From contig JAAZMA010000262.1 of assembly GCA_012799055.1 (NCBI GenBank), positions 1 through 48,544 of the forward strand: a DNA stretch of 48,544 nt. The letters are read 5' to 3'. Shown here piece after piece: positions 1 through 9,391 of this stretch. A program made the position numbers and the translations under genes. The notes beneath the pieces are model-generated. The model saw only the letters and a list, made by a program, of their open reading frames with translations, was not told where the DNA came from and did not search any database. How positions within the stretch are numbered: position 1 is the stretch's first letter; each line of letters begins with the position of its first letter. The DNA is from Tissierellia bacterium. GTDB lineage: Bacteria > Bacillota > Clostridia > Tissierellales > Tepidimicrobiaceae.

Positions 1-2
1 AA

Positions 3-3000
3 ATTGAAGAATTAATAGATAATACTAAGTTTAAACCCTTATATGATGAAAAAAGGGATTTGTTTTATATTGGCTATAATGTGGAAGAAGGGATGGTATT
101 AAATTCGTATTATGATTTATTAGCTTCAGAGTCTAGAACCACTTCTTATATTACCATATCTAGAGGGGAGGTACCCCTTAGTCATTGGAATCGATTGGGA
201 AAATCCTTAATAAAGGAAAAAGGTTATTTGGCATTGGCTTCTTGGTCAGGAACAATGTTTGAGTATTTGATGCCTTCTTTAGTATTAAAGGATTATGAAA
301 ATAGTTTAATAGATGAAAGTAATAAAACAGCCATAAAAATACAAAAAGACTATGGCAATAGCCATAAAGTCCCCTGGGGTATTTCTGAATCTGGGTTCTT
401 TGCCTTTGATAGACAATTAAATTATCAATATAAAGCCTTTGGCATACCTTCCCTAGGTTTTATGAGGGGTTTAAAAGATGAATTAGTAGTATCCCCTTAT
501 AGTAGTTTTTTAGCATTAAAATTTGATTATGCAGGAGTATTGGAAAATATTAAAAAACTAGAATCTGAAGGTTTAAGGGGTGAATATGGCTATTATGAGG
601 CGGTGGATTATACTTTGTCTAGATTACCAGAGCATTTAGAAAAGGGTATAGTCAAATCCTATATGAGCCATCATCAAGGAATGATACTTGTCTCCATAAA
701 CAATTTGTTGAATAAAAATATAATGGTAAATAGATTTCATAGAGAACCACAAATGAAATGTGGGGAATTATTGTTACAGGAAAAAATACCCTTAAGGCCT
801 ATAATTTCAAAGGAAAAAGAAAATTTAGTGGAGAGAAGAACTATAAAAGCAAAGAAAAAACCCTATAAAAATAGAGTATATGGTAAATCAGGCCTAAAGG
901 ATATTAAATGCCATATATTATCCTCTAATACTTATTCACTAATGATAAACAATAGAGGAGAAGGATTTTCTAAAAATGGCAATATATTCATTAATAGATG
1001 GAGAAGGGATTTTTTATCTACTCCCTATGGTCAATTTATTTATATTAAGGATTTAAAAAATAATAGTATTTGGTCTGGAGCTTTTGCCCCAATGTATAAA
1101 GAGTCAGATTACTATAATGTGGAGTTTTCATCATATAAGGCCAGCTTCCATCGAAAAGATGGAGATGTGGAAACTAAAATGGATGTGTTTTTATTACCAG
1201 AGGAATTAGGGGAAATTAGAAAAGTATCTTTAATTAATAATGGAGAAGAAGAAAAATTATTGGAAACCATATCTTATTTTGAAGTAGTAGGAGAAAAAAT
1301 CAATTCAGATATGGCCCATCCAGTTTTTAATAATTTATTTATAAAAACAGAAGCTTTAGAGGATGTAGAAGGAATATTAGCCCATAGAAGAAAGAGAGGA
1401 GAAGATTTAAGGGATATTTGGATTTTACATGGAATTAGAATCTTTGAAAAAGATTGGGAAAAGTTTCAATATGAAACCGATAGAAATAAATTTATTGGTA
1501 GGGGAAACTCTCTTGAAAATCCCATGGGGGTTGTAAAGGGCTTAAGTAATACTACTGGAGTAGTACTAGAGCCTATTATGAGTATTGGAAAGAAAATCAA
1601 GTTAAAACCTAAAGAAAAAATAAATATATATTATATAACTGCCATGGCCTATAGTCGTGAAGAAGCCATAAGTATATTAAATAAATATAGTATTAAAGAA
1701 AATATTATAATGGCCAAAGATTTGTCTAATACTAAATCCCAAACAGAAATAGACTTTCTTAATTTAAATCAAAAGAATATAGGATTTGCAGAAAAACTAC
1801 TACCCTATTTGTTTTATTTAAAGAAGGATTTTAAATCTAAATATAAATATATATTAAAAAACAATATTAAAGGAAAGGAAGGATTATGGGGCCATAGTAT
1901 TTCTGGAGATAATCCTATAGTATTAATTACTATAAAAACCTTAGAAGGATTAGAAAATATAGAAAAAATTTTAGATGCCTATGAATATTGGTTATATAAG
2001 GGAATTAAAGTAGACTTAATTATATTAAATGAAGAAAAATCCACTTATCATCAGCCTCTATTTCAAAATATTAGAGAAATCATATATGAAAGGGGAGGAT
2101 ATAAAGGTGGAATATTTTTAAAGAACAAAAATGCCATGGAAAATGAAGAACTGGCACTATTTTACAAATGGGCAGATTTAATAATTGATGGAGATAGGGG
2201 ATTTAGTGTAGATAGGGAATTTAAAGATTCAATCCCTTGTAGAGAATTTAATGGAGAGAAAATCTATTATCCAGAAGAAAATAAAGTATTAGAGTTAGAG
2301 TATTTTAATGGTTATGGAGGTTTTAGTGAAGATGGTACAGAGTATATTATTAAATTAAATAAAGATATTAATACTCCTACTCCATGGATCAATGTAATAG
2401 CCAATAAATATTTTGGTTTTATAATAACAGAAATGGGAACTGGATTTACTTGGTCTAAAAACAGTAGGGAAAACAAATTGACTCCCTGGTACAATGATTT
2501 AATAATGGAAAATCCAGGGGAGATAGTATATTTAAGGGATAATGATACAGGGGATATATTTAGTATTACCCCTAAACCTATTAGGGATGAAAGGGAGTAT
2601 ATAATCACCCATGGACTAGGCTATACTTCATTTTATCATAATAGTCATGGAATACAGCAGGAATTAACAATGTTTATACCTAAAGAAGACAGTGTTAAAG
2701 TAAATTTAATTAAATTGAAAAACAATACAAATATGGAAAGGAAAATTAGCTTATTTTATTATATTAGACCAGTATTAGGGGTAATAGATGAGGAAACAGA
2801 AAGTTTATTGGAAAGTGATATGACAGAAGGAATATTTAAAATTAAAAACTCCACTAATCTAGAATTTAAAAATAGTACTATATTTATTGGGAGTTCAGAA
2901 GAAATTAAATCCTATACTGGAGATAGATTAGAATTTTTAGGAAAAACACCTAATTATAAAACCCCTGAAAGTTTAAAAAAAGAAAGGCTTTCATGTAATA

Positions 3001-4697
3001 TAGGTTTTGGTTTAAATCCCTGTGGGGCTATAGAAGTGGAGTTAAATCTTAAACCTAATGAAGAAAAACAATTAGTATTTTTACTAGGTGAAAATGATGA
3101 TATTGAAATAGGGCATGGTTTAATAAATAAATATAGAAATATTGAATTATCTAAAAAGTCCTTAGAAGAAATAAAAGATTTTTGGAGAAAAAAACTTAGT
3201 ATTATAAAAATAAATACCCCTGATAATAGTATGAATTATTTAATGAACAATTGGCTAATGTATCAGACTATTGCCTGTAGAATATGGGGAAGGGCAGGCT
3301 TTTATCAGGTAGGCGGTGCTTTTGGGGCAAGGGATCAAATGCAGGATACTATGAATGCCCTATACCATGTACCCAGTGAAGGGAGAAGACAAATCCTTGA
3401 AAATTGTAAGCATCAATACAAGGAAGGAGATGTGCAACATTGGTGGCACCCTATACCAGATTCAGAAGTTCATAAGGGAATTAGAAGTAAATATACAGAT
3501 GATTTATTATGGCTACCCCTAGGAGTTTCAGAATATATTTTAAAAACAGGAGATGAAAGTATATTAAAAGAAAAGATTCCCTTTATAGAAAGCCCTATTT
3601 TAGAAGAAGATGAAGAGGAAAGATATGAGGTACCTTCCATATCTAAGGATATAGGTACTGTATATGAACACTGTATTAGAGCCATTGAAAAATCTCTTAA
3701 ATTTGGTGAAAGGGGATTGCCCCTAATGGGGGGAGGAGATTGGAATGATGGAATGAATAAAATTGGCTACAAGGGATTTGGAGAATCTGTATGGCTAGGC
3801 TGGTTTATAATTACTGTTTTAAAATCCTTTATCCCCATATGTGAAAAAATGGAGGATTTTAAAAAAGTAGAAAAATACAAAGGGATTATATTTAAGTTAA
3901 AAACTGCAATTGAAAAAAATGCTTGGGATGGAGAATGGTATAAAAGAGCCTTTTTTGATGATGGTACTCCCATTGGTTCAAAGGAAAATACTGAATGTAC
4001 AATAGATTCTATAGCCCAATCTTGGGCTGTTATTTCCCAGGCAGGAGATTTACAAAGGGTAAAAATAGCTTTAAATTCTGTAGAAAAACATTTAATAAAT
4101 AATGAAGAAGGCATAATAGCATTGTTAAATCCACCTTTTGAAAATACAGACTTAGACCCAGGATATATAAAATCCTATGTTCCAGGAGTAAGGGAAAATG
4201 GAGGCCAATATACCCATGCGGCCATATGGGTAATTAAAGCATTTGCATTATTAGGAGAAGGCGATAGGGCTTATGAATTATTTAAAATGGTCAATCCTAT
4301 AAATCATACTAGGTCCTTAATAGAATGTGCCAAATACAAAGTTGAACCCTATGTGGTAGCTGCTGATGTATATACTAATCCTCAGCATCTAGGTAGGGGC
4401 GGGTGGACTTGGTACACAGGCTCATCAGGATGGATGTATAAAGTGGGCTTGGAAAATATACTAGGTTTTAGAATAGAAAAAAATAAATTATATATAGACC
4501 CATGTATACCTAAGGATTGGGAAAAATATAGTATTAGATATAGACATGGCTCCACCTATTATAATATAGAAGTAAGAAATTTAAATAAGATAAATAAAGG
4601 AGTAAGTAAAATAATATTAGATGGAGTAGCAATTAAGGAAGAATATATTGATTTAGTAGATGATGGAGTAGAACATTTTATCTCAGTAAGCCTATAG
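3..4697 (+). CDS. GH94-family glucan phosphorylase / cyclic beta-1,2-glucan synthase (NdvB/ChvB)-like protein, C-terminal ~1560 aa; the 5' end lies outside the window
   Basis: The reading frame is open from nt 3, so the listed TTG at 60 is internal. Motifs typical of the NdvB middle and GH94 C-terminal regions are present: 'LYDEKRDLFYIGYN', 'SWSGTMFEYLMPSLV', 'GAFGARDQMQD' and 'PLMGGGDWNDGMN'. Stop codon at 4695-4697. Confidence 0.85.
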   Translation: MEELIDNTKFKPLYDEKRDLFYIGYNVEEGMVLNSYYDLLASESRTTSYITISRGEVPLSHWNRLGKSLIKEKGYLALASWSGTMFEYLMPSLVLKDYENSLIDESNKTAIKIQKDYGNSHKVPWGISESGFFAFDRQLNYQYKAFGIPSLGFMRGLKDELVVSPYSSFLALKFDYAGVLENIKKLESEGLRGEYGYYEAVDYTLSRLPEHLEKGIVKSYMSHHQGMILVSINNLLNKNIMVNRFHREPQMKCGELLLQEKIPLRPIISKEKENLVERRTIKAKKKPYKNRVYGKSGLKDIKCHILSSNTYSLMINNRGEGFSKNGNIFINRWRRDFLSTPYGQFIYIKDLKNNSIWSGAFAPMYKESDYYNVEFSSYKASFHRKDGDVETKMDVFLLPEELGEIRKVSLINNGEEEKLLETISYFEVVGEKINSDMAHPVFNNLFIKTEALEDVEGILAHRRKRGEDLRDIWILHGIRIFEKDWEKFQYETDRNKFIGRGNSLENPMGVVKGLSNTTGVVLEPIMSIGKKIKLKPKEKINIYYITAMAYSREEAISILNKYSIKENIIMAKDLSNTKSQTEIDFLNLNQKNIGFAEKLLPYLFYLKKDFKSKYKYILKNNIKGKEGLWGHSISGDNPIVLITIKTLEGLENIEKILDAYEYWLYKGIKVDLIILNEEKSTYHQPLFQNIREIIYERGGYKGGIFLKNKNAMENEELALFYKWADLIIDGDRGFSVDREFKDSIPCREFNGEKIYYPEENKVLELEYFNGYGGFSEDGTEYIIKLNKDINTPTPWINVIANKYFGFIITEMGTGFTWSKNSRENKLTPWYNDLIMENPGEIVYLRDNDTGDIFSITPKPIRDEREYIITHGLGYTSFYHNSHGIQQELTMFIPKEDSVKVNLIKLKNNTNMERKISLFYYIRPVLGVIDEETESLLESDMTEGIFKIKNSTNLEFKNSTIFIGSSEEIKSYTGDRLEFLGKTPNYKTPESLKKERLSCNIGFGLNPCGAIEVELNLKPNEEKQLVFLLGENDDIEIGHGLINKYRNIELSKKSLEEIKDFWRKKLSIIKINTPDNSMNYLMNNWLMYQTIACRIWGRAGFYQVGGAFGARDQMQDTMNALYHVPSEGRRQILENCKHQYKEGDVQHWWHPIPDSEVHKGIRSKYTDDLLWLPLGVSEYILKTGDESILKEKIPFIESPILEEDEEERYEVPSISKDIGTVYEHCIRAIEKSLKFGERGLPLMGGGDWNDGMNKIGYKGFGESVWLGWFIITVLKSFIPICEKMEDFKKVEKYKGIIFKLKTAIEKNAWDGEWYKRAFFDDGTPIGSKENTECTIDSIAQSWAVISQAGDLQRVKIALNSVEKHLINNEEGIIALLNPPFENTDLDPGYIKSYVPGVRENGGQYTHAAIWVIKAFALLGEGDRAYELFKMVNPINHTRSLIECAKYKVEPYVVAADVYTNPQHLGRGGWTWYTGSSGWMYKVGLENILGFRIEKNKLYIDPCIPKDWEKYSIRYRHGSTYYNIEVRNLNKINKGVSKIILDGVAIKEEYIDLVDDGVEHFISVSL

Positions 4698-4703
4698 GCT
4701 AAA

Positions 4704-4808
4704 CAAGTATACGCAAGGAAGTATATGAATCTGTATGAATCTGGTAAGTATATGAGCCTGGTAAGTATCTGAACCTGGCACTAACTAAGTATATGAACCT
4801 GGCACTAA
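4704..4808. repeat. Degenerate direct repeats of a ~17-24-nt unit (consensus roughly TAAGTATMTGARCCTGG, with or without CACTAAC)
   Basis: Read directly: CAAGTATACGCAAGG / AAGTATATGAATCTG / TATGAATCTGG / TAAGTATATGAGCCTGG / TAAGTATCTGAACCTGGCACTAAC / TAAGTATATGAACCTGGCACTAAC. Five to six successive copies improve toward the 3' end. Confidence 0.8.
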
Positions 4809-4852
4809 CTTACTAACTTTTGTACAAAAGTTAGTAAGTTAGTGCCAGGTTC
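4795..4852. repeat. Perfect 58-bp palindrome (29+29 nt) built from the repeat unit
   Basis: GAACCTGGCACTAACTTACTAACTTTTGT | ACAAAAGTTAGTAAGTTAGTGCCAGGTTC. The right arm is the exact reverse complement of the left. No U-tract follows; the next bases are AGAGATTTACAGAGATTTAG. Confidence 0.95.
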
Positions 4853-4930
4853 AGAGATTTACAGAGATTTAGTTCCCTTTTATATTAACTTAGTCTATAA
4901 TAAAAGTATAAAAGGGAAAGAGGTGGAAAT

Positions 4931-6541
4931 ATGTTTATTATCAATGGTAATATAAGAACTATGGATCCTAAAAAGCCTAAAGCAGAAGCTGTGGCCATAA
5001 AAAATGGTAAAATAATTAAGGTAGGAAATAATGAGGAAGTATTAGCATTAAAAAATGGAGATGCTAAAGTAATAGATTTAGGGGGAAAACTATTACTACC
5101 TGGCTTTAATGATAGTCATATGCATTTAGTAGGTTATTCTCTTTTTCTAGACCTTATAGATTTGGCAGAAGAAAAGTCCATTGGAGAAATAATTGAAAAA
5201 TGTAGAACTGAAATCAAATTTAAAAAAATAGAAAAGGGAAAATGGATTAGGGGGAGAGGTTGGAATCAAGATTATTTTAAAGGGGAGAAAAGATTTCCCA
5301 ATAGATATGATTTAGATAAAATTTCTTCTGAACACCCAATTATTCTAAATAGGACCTGTGGACACATAGTAGTAGTTAATAGTAAAGCATTGGAAATAGC
5401 TAATATTACTAAAAATACAGCTCAAGTAGAAAATGGTTATTTTGACATTGATGAAAATGGTGAACCTTTGGGAATATTTAGAGGAAATGCAATTGGATTA
5501 ATAGAAAAAGCTATACCAGAACCTACTGTAGAAGAAATAAAAAATCAATTGATAAAGGGAATGGAAAATGCAAATTCTTGTGGCATTACTTCAGTTCAAT
5601 CAGATGATTTTGGAGTAGTAGGAGATAATAATTATGAAAAAATAATAATGGCCTATGAAGAATTAAGAGACCAAGGAAAAATGAGCTTAAGGGTATATGA
5701 ACAATGTTTAATTCCCAATATTGAAGTATTTCAAGATTTCCTAAACAAAGGATATAAAACAGGTTATGGAGATGAAATATTTAAAATAGGGCCACTTAAA
5801 TTATTATCTGATGGATCCTTAGGGGCTAGAACAGCTGCTTTGACAATTCCCTATAATGATAATGAGGAAACCATGGGTTTAAATTTATTTACTCAAGAGG
5901 AATTAGACTCTATAGTAGAAAAAGCTCATAATAATGGAATGCAATTAGCTATTCACTCCATAGGGAATAGGGCTATGTATATGGTATTTGAAGCCATGGA
6001 AAAAGCATTAAGGAAAAAACCAAGAAAAAATCATCGTCATGGTATAGTCCATTGTCAAATAACCGATGAGCATTTATTAAATAAATTTAAAGAATTAGAT
6101 GTAATAGCCTATATTCAACCAATATTTTTAGATTATGATTGGAAAATAGTAGAATCTAGAGTAGGGAAGGATTTGGCTAAAACCAGCTATAATTGGAAGA
6201 CTTTAGTAGATAAGGAAGTACATATAGCCTGTGGTTCAGATTGCCCTGTGGAAAGTTTTAATGTACTTCATGGCATATATGAAGCAGTAAGTCGAAAGGA
6301 TTTAGACGGAAATCCAAAAGGTGGGTGGATGAAAGATCAAAGACTAACTGTAGAAGAAGCTGTATATGGTTTTACCATGGGAGGAGCCTATGCATCCTTT
6401 GAAGAAAATATAAAGGGTTCCATTGAAAAAGGCAAATTGGCAGATATGGTGGTATTGTCAAGGAATATATTTGAAATACCAGAAGATGAAATAAAAGATG
6501 TGAAAGTGGAGATGACTATATTTAATGGGAAATTAGTATAA
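4931..6541 (+). CDS. Amidohydrolase-3 family metal-dependent hydrolase (YtcJ-like)
   Basis: N-terminal 'LLLPGFNDSHMHL' metal-binding HxH motif, and later 'HSIGNRA', 'HGIVHCQ' and 'ACGSDCPVE'. SD GAGGTGG lies 6 nt upstream of the ATG. Confidence 0.85.
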   Translation: MFIINGNIRTMDPKKPKAEAVAIKNGKIIKVGNNEEVLALKNGDAKVIDLGGKLLLPGFNDSHMHLVGYSLFLDLIDLAEEKSIGEIIEKCRTEIKFKKIEKGKWIRGRGWNQDYFKGEKRFPNRYDLDKISSEHPIILNRTCGHIVVVNSKALEIANITKNTAQVENGYFDIDENGEPLGIFRGNAIGLIEKAIPEPTVEEIKNQLIKGMENANSCGITSVQSDDFGVVGDNNYEKIIMAYEELRDQGKMSLRVYEQCLIPNIEVFQDFLNKGYKTGYGDEIFKIGPLKLLSDGSLGARTAALTIPYNDNEETMGLNLFTQEELDSIVEKAHNNGMQLAIHSIGNRAMYMVFEAMEKALRKKPRKNHRHGIVHCQITDEHLLNKFKELDVIAYIQPIFLDYDWKIVESRVGKDLAKTSYNWKTLVDKEVHIACGSDCPVESFNVLHGIYEAVSRKDLDGNPKGGWMKDQRLTVEEAVYGFTMGGAYASFEENIKGSIEKGKLADMVVLSRNIFEIPEDEIKDVKVEMTIFNGKLV

Positions 6542-6544
6542 GAC

Positions 6545-6579
6545 AGGGGGTTATTTAATTAACCCCCTATTTTATTTTT
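6545..6579 (+). terminator. Rho-independent terminator of the amidohydrolase gene
   Basis: Stem AGGGGGTTA / TAACCCCCT with loop TTTAAT, followed by ATTTTATTTTT. Confidence 0.8.
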
Positions 6580-6601
6580 AGTATGCTATTTTAAAAGGTT
6601 T

Positions 6602-6658
6602 GTGCCAGGTTCAGATGTTTACCGGGTTAATATTTATTTACCAAGTACAGATATTTAC
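6602..6658. repeat. Three inverted-orientation copies of the 4704-4872 repeat unit
   Basis: GTGCCAGGTTCAGATGTTTAC (19/21 identical to 4842-4862, GTGCCAGGTTCAGAGATTTAC), then CGGGTTAATATTTATTTAC and CAAGTACAGATATTTAC. Confidence 0.75.
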
Positions 6659-6662
6659 TGCT

Positions 6663-7136
6663 TTATTTTAATTTAGAAAACAAATCCTTTTCTAAATAAA
6701 TATTTTCCATTATATTATTTTCAAATTCTTCTAGTTTTTCAAAGGTTTTGTCATAAGTATTACAACCGTCTTCAGGAGCTGTGTAATTATTAGTTACTTG
6801 TCTTAATTCCTTAAGTTTATTTTCTATTTCCCTATATTCTTTTTCTAATTCATTTATATTATATAAAATTTTATTAAGTAATTCTTTAGATGGTTTTCGA
6901 TCATACATTTTAATATAGGGAAATATATCCACTTCTTTTATTATTAAAATTTCTTCTAAAATAGTTTTAGTATTATTAAATAGTCTATGGACAATCCTTA
7001 ATTCCCTATGTTCTCTTCCATGAACCCTTAATATAGTAGATGTTAATTTTGAGATTTCTGGCATTTCCCTTTGGAAATATTTATGATAAGTATTCACAAT
7101 TTCATTAACTAAATCAGTATAAGATTTGTTTTTCAT
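6663..7136 (-). CDS. Short RIC/ScdA (YtfE)-type hemerythrin-like domain protein, lacking the N-terminal ScdA_N domain
   Basis: Colinear by eye with the C-terminal di-iron domain of E. coli YtfE. Matching stretches are 'IVNTYHKYFQREMPEI', 'LRVHGREH', 'KEVDIFPYIK', 'VTNNYTAPEDGCNTYDKTF' and 'IYLEKDLF'. SD GGAGGG lies upstream. Confidence 0.5.
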   Translation of the reverse strand: MKNKSYTDLVNEIVNTYHKYFQREMPEISKLTSTILRVHGREHRELRIVHRLFNNTKTILEEILIIKEVDIFPYIKMYDRKPSKELLNKILYNINELEKEYREIENKLKELRQVTNNYTAPEDGCNTYDKTFEKLEEFENNIMENIYLEKDLFSKLK

Positions 7137-7192
7137 TATTATCCCTCCAGTATTTGTTATAATAATATTTTAGCATTAAATACTAATAAGTA

Positions 7193-7208
7193 TTTGACTT
7201 AAGTCAAA
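7193..7208. promoter_or_regulatory. Perfect 16-bp palindrome TTTGACTTAAGTCAAA in a divergent intergenic region (candidate operator overlapping a TTGACT -35-like hexamer)
   Basis: Read directly. It lies between the divergently oriented genes 6663-7136 (-) and 7326-8693 (+). Confidence 0.3.
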
Positions 7209-7325
7209 ATATAAAAATCTTTATATAAATCTTCTGTGTTTATAGAATACTCTGTAAAAATCTTAAAAAGTATGATAAAATCATAAAGGCTGACATAATA
7301 AAGGAAAGAGAGTTGGTACTAAATT

Positions 7326-8693
7326 ATGGAATATTCTAAGAAGAATAATAACTTTTATAAAGAAATGGTAGGCATTGCATTACCTATTACATTACAAAAT
7401 TTAATCGCCAATTCAGTAAATATGCTAGATACTTTAATGATTAGCAGTTTAGGTGATAAAAGTTTAGCAGCAGTAGGTTTTGCTAATCAGATATTTTTTC
7501 TATATTCTGTTACAATTTTTGGTATTGTTACAGGTTCTTCAGTTTTTATAGCTCAATTTTGGGGGAAGAGAGATAGGGAAAATATACGAAAGATAATTGG
7601 TATTTCTTTGACTCTTAGTAGTATATTAGGATTAATATTTACTTTGGTAGTATTATTATTTCCTGAATCCATTATGAAAATTTTTAGTAAAGATGTTGAA
7701 GTAATACAATTAGGAACTGAATATCTATTAATAGTAGTGTTTAGCTATATAATTACTGGTATTAGTTTTACTTATGCTGTTGCTTCTAGAAGTATTGGAC
7801 AAGCAAAATTGCCTATGATGGTGTCTATTATATCCTTTGTGACCAATGCTTTGTTTAACTATTTACTTATTTTTGGAAAGTTTGGATTTCCAAGACTAGG
7901 TATTAGAGGTGCAGCCTATGGAACATTAATAGCTAGGATAGTGGAAGTATTACTTATATTATTTGCAATATATTCTGATACTACAAGCCCATTGGCAGGT
8001 AATATAAAAGAGATGACAAATTGGAATAAGAATTTTATAAAAAAATATTTTATCACTACTTATCCTGTAATGATAAATGAGGCCTTATGGTCTTTAGGTA
8101 ATGTAATGTATTCAGTAGCCTATTCTAAAATAGGTACTGAAGCCTCTGCATCTATACAAATTTTAAATACTACTTACAATTTATTTATGGTATTAGCTAG
8201 AGGTATGGCCAATGCATGTACAGTAATGGTAGGGAATAAAATCGGAGGAAATGAAGAAGAAATAGCCATAGATTATGCCAACAGATTTTTAATAATATCA
8301 GCCCTTAGTGGTGCAGTACTTGGTTTAATATTGTATCTTGGCTCAGATATAATTTTAAAGATTTTTAAAAATTTAAGTCCAGAAGTATACACTATGTCTA
8401 AGCAGTTGTTAACAGTATTAGCTATTTTCTTTTTCTTAAAGGCTATGAATAGTACCTTAATAGTAGGTGTTCTTAGAGGTGGTGGAGATACGAAATTTTC
8501 CATGAAATTGGAAATGAGTGCAGTATGGCTTGTGGGAGTACCATTAGCGTTTTTAGGTTCAGTTGTTTTTAAATTGCCAGTTCATTTAGTATTGGCTTTA
8601 GTTTATATGGAGGATGTGGTAAAGGCAGCTATAGGCATACCTAGAGTTATATCTAAAAAATGGGTTAAAAATGTAATTAAGGATATGGACTAA
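7326..8693 (+). CDS. MATE family efflux transporter
   Basis: 455 aa with about 12 predicted hydrophobic helices. The N-terminus '[32 protein letters not shown]' and the 'LRGGGDTKF' motif in the second half are typical of NorM/DinF-type MATE proteins. Confidence 0.9.
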   Translation: MEYSKKNNNFYKEMVGIALPITLQNLIANSVNMLDTLMISSLGDKSLAAVGFANQIFFLYSVTIFGIVTGSSVFIAQFWGKRDRENIRKIIGISLTLSSILGLIFTLVVLLFPESIMKIFSKDVEVIQLGTEYLLIVVFSYIITGISFTYAVASRSIGQAKLPMMVSIISFVTNALFNYLLIFGKFGFPRLGIRGAAYGTLIARIVEVLLILFAIYSDTTSPLAGNIKEMTNWNKNFIKKYFITTYPVMINEALWSLGNVMYSVAYSKIGTEASASIQILNTTYNLFMVLARGMANACTVMVGNKIGGNEEEIAIDYANRFLIISALSGAVLGLILYLGSDIILKIFKNLSPEVYTMSKQLLTVLAIFFFLKAMNSTLIVGVLRGGGDTKFSMKLEMSAVWLVGVPLAFLGSVVFKLPVHLVLALVYMEDVVKAAIGIPRVISKKWVKNVIKDMD

Positions 8694-8701
8694 GGATATT
8701 T

Positions 8702-8749
8702 AAAGCAAATAAATTTGGAATTTTATCACCTATATTTATTTGCTTTTTT
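8702..8749 (+). terminator. Rho-independent terminator after the MATE gene
   Basis: 13-bp stem AAAGCAAATAAAT / ATTTATTTGCTTT with a 19-nt loop, followed by a T-run. Confidence 0.75.
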
Positions 8750-8803
8750 CCATTTATTATTATAAAATTTTATCAAGTGGGAAATAATTTGGGGAGGTTT
8801 TTT

Positions 8804-9370
8804 ATGAAACTTTTAAAAGACAGGATACTTCAAGATGGGACTGTAGAAGAAGATATATTAAAGGTTGGGAGCTTTTTAAATCATCAAATAGATGTGAAAT
8901 TATTAAATGAAATAGGGAAAGAGTTTAAAGAGCGATTTAAAGATAAAAAAGTTGACAAGATATTAACAATTGAAACTTCCGGTATAGCTATTGCAGTTAT
9001 AGCTGCCCAGTATTTTCATGTACCTGTAGTTTTTGCCAGAAAAACAGAATCTAAAACTATGGACAAAGACCTTTACGAATCCACAGTTTATTCTTATACC
9101 AAAGAAAAGAATTATACCATAAAAGTGTCAAAAAAATTTTTAAATGAAGGAGAAAACGTTTTATTAATAGATGATTTTTTAGCCAGAGGCAGGGCAATTG
9201 AAGGATTAATAGATATATTAAAGCAGGCTAATGTTAATTTAGTAGGAGTTGGCATTGTTATAGAGAAAGGGTTTCAAGAAGGGGGTAAGGTTCTAAGAGA
9301 TAAGGGGATTTTAATAGAATCCTTAGCTATTATAGATAAACCAGTAGATGGAAAAATTAAATTTATGTAA
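8804..9370 (+). CDS. xpt: Xanthine phosphoribosyltransferase
   Basis: '[14 protein letters not shown]...[10 protein letters not shown]' N-terminus and PRT motif '[13 protein letters not shown]'. The ATG at 8804 is preceded by GGGGAGG. The listed GTG at 8777 has no SD. Confidence 0.9.
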   Translation: MKLLKDRILQDGTVEEDILKVGSFLNHQIDVKLLNEIGKEFKERFKDKKVDKILTIETSGIAIAVIAAQYFHVPVVFARKTESKTMDKDLYESTVYSYTKEKNYTIKVSKKFLNEGENVLLIDDFLARGRAIEGLIDILKQANVNLVGVGIVIEKGFQEGGKVLRDKGILIESLAIIDKPVDGKIKFM

Positions 9371-9391
9371 TAAATGGATTTTTTTATTTTA

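Noticed and set aside
4704-4872. CRISPR array or integron attC site
   Set aside because: The units are contiguous, degenerate and without unique spacers, and no cas genes are nearby, so this is not a CRISPR array. The palindrome contains CTAAC/GTTAG, which only partly matches the attC R''/R' cores (RYYYAAC/GTTRRRY). The downstream copy at 6602 is not palindromic, and there is no intI gene.
8694-8803. Expected guanine/purine riboswitch upstream of xpt
   Set aside because: The 110-nt spacer holds only the MATE terminator hairpin and the SD. Neither the conserved purine-riboswitch core (UAUAAU...GGAUAUGGC...CUACCGGG...CCGUAAAU-like elements) nor a three-way junction is visible. xpt appears to be riboswitch-free here.
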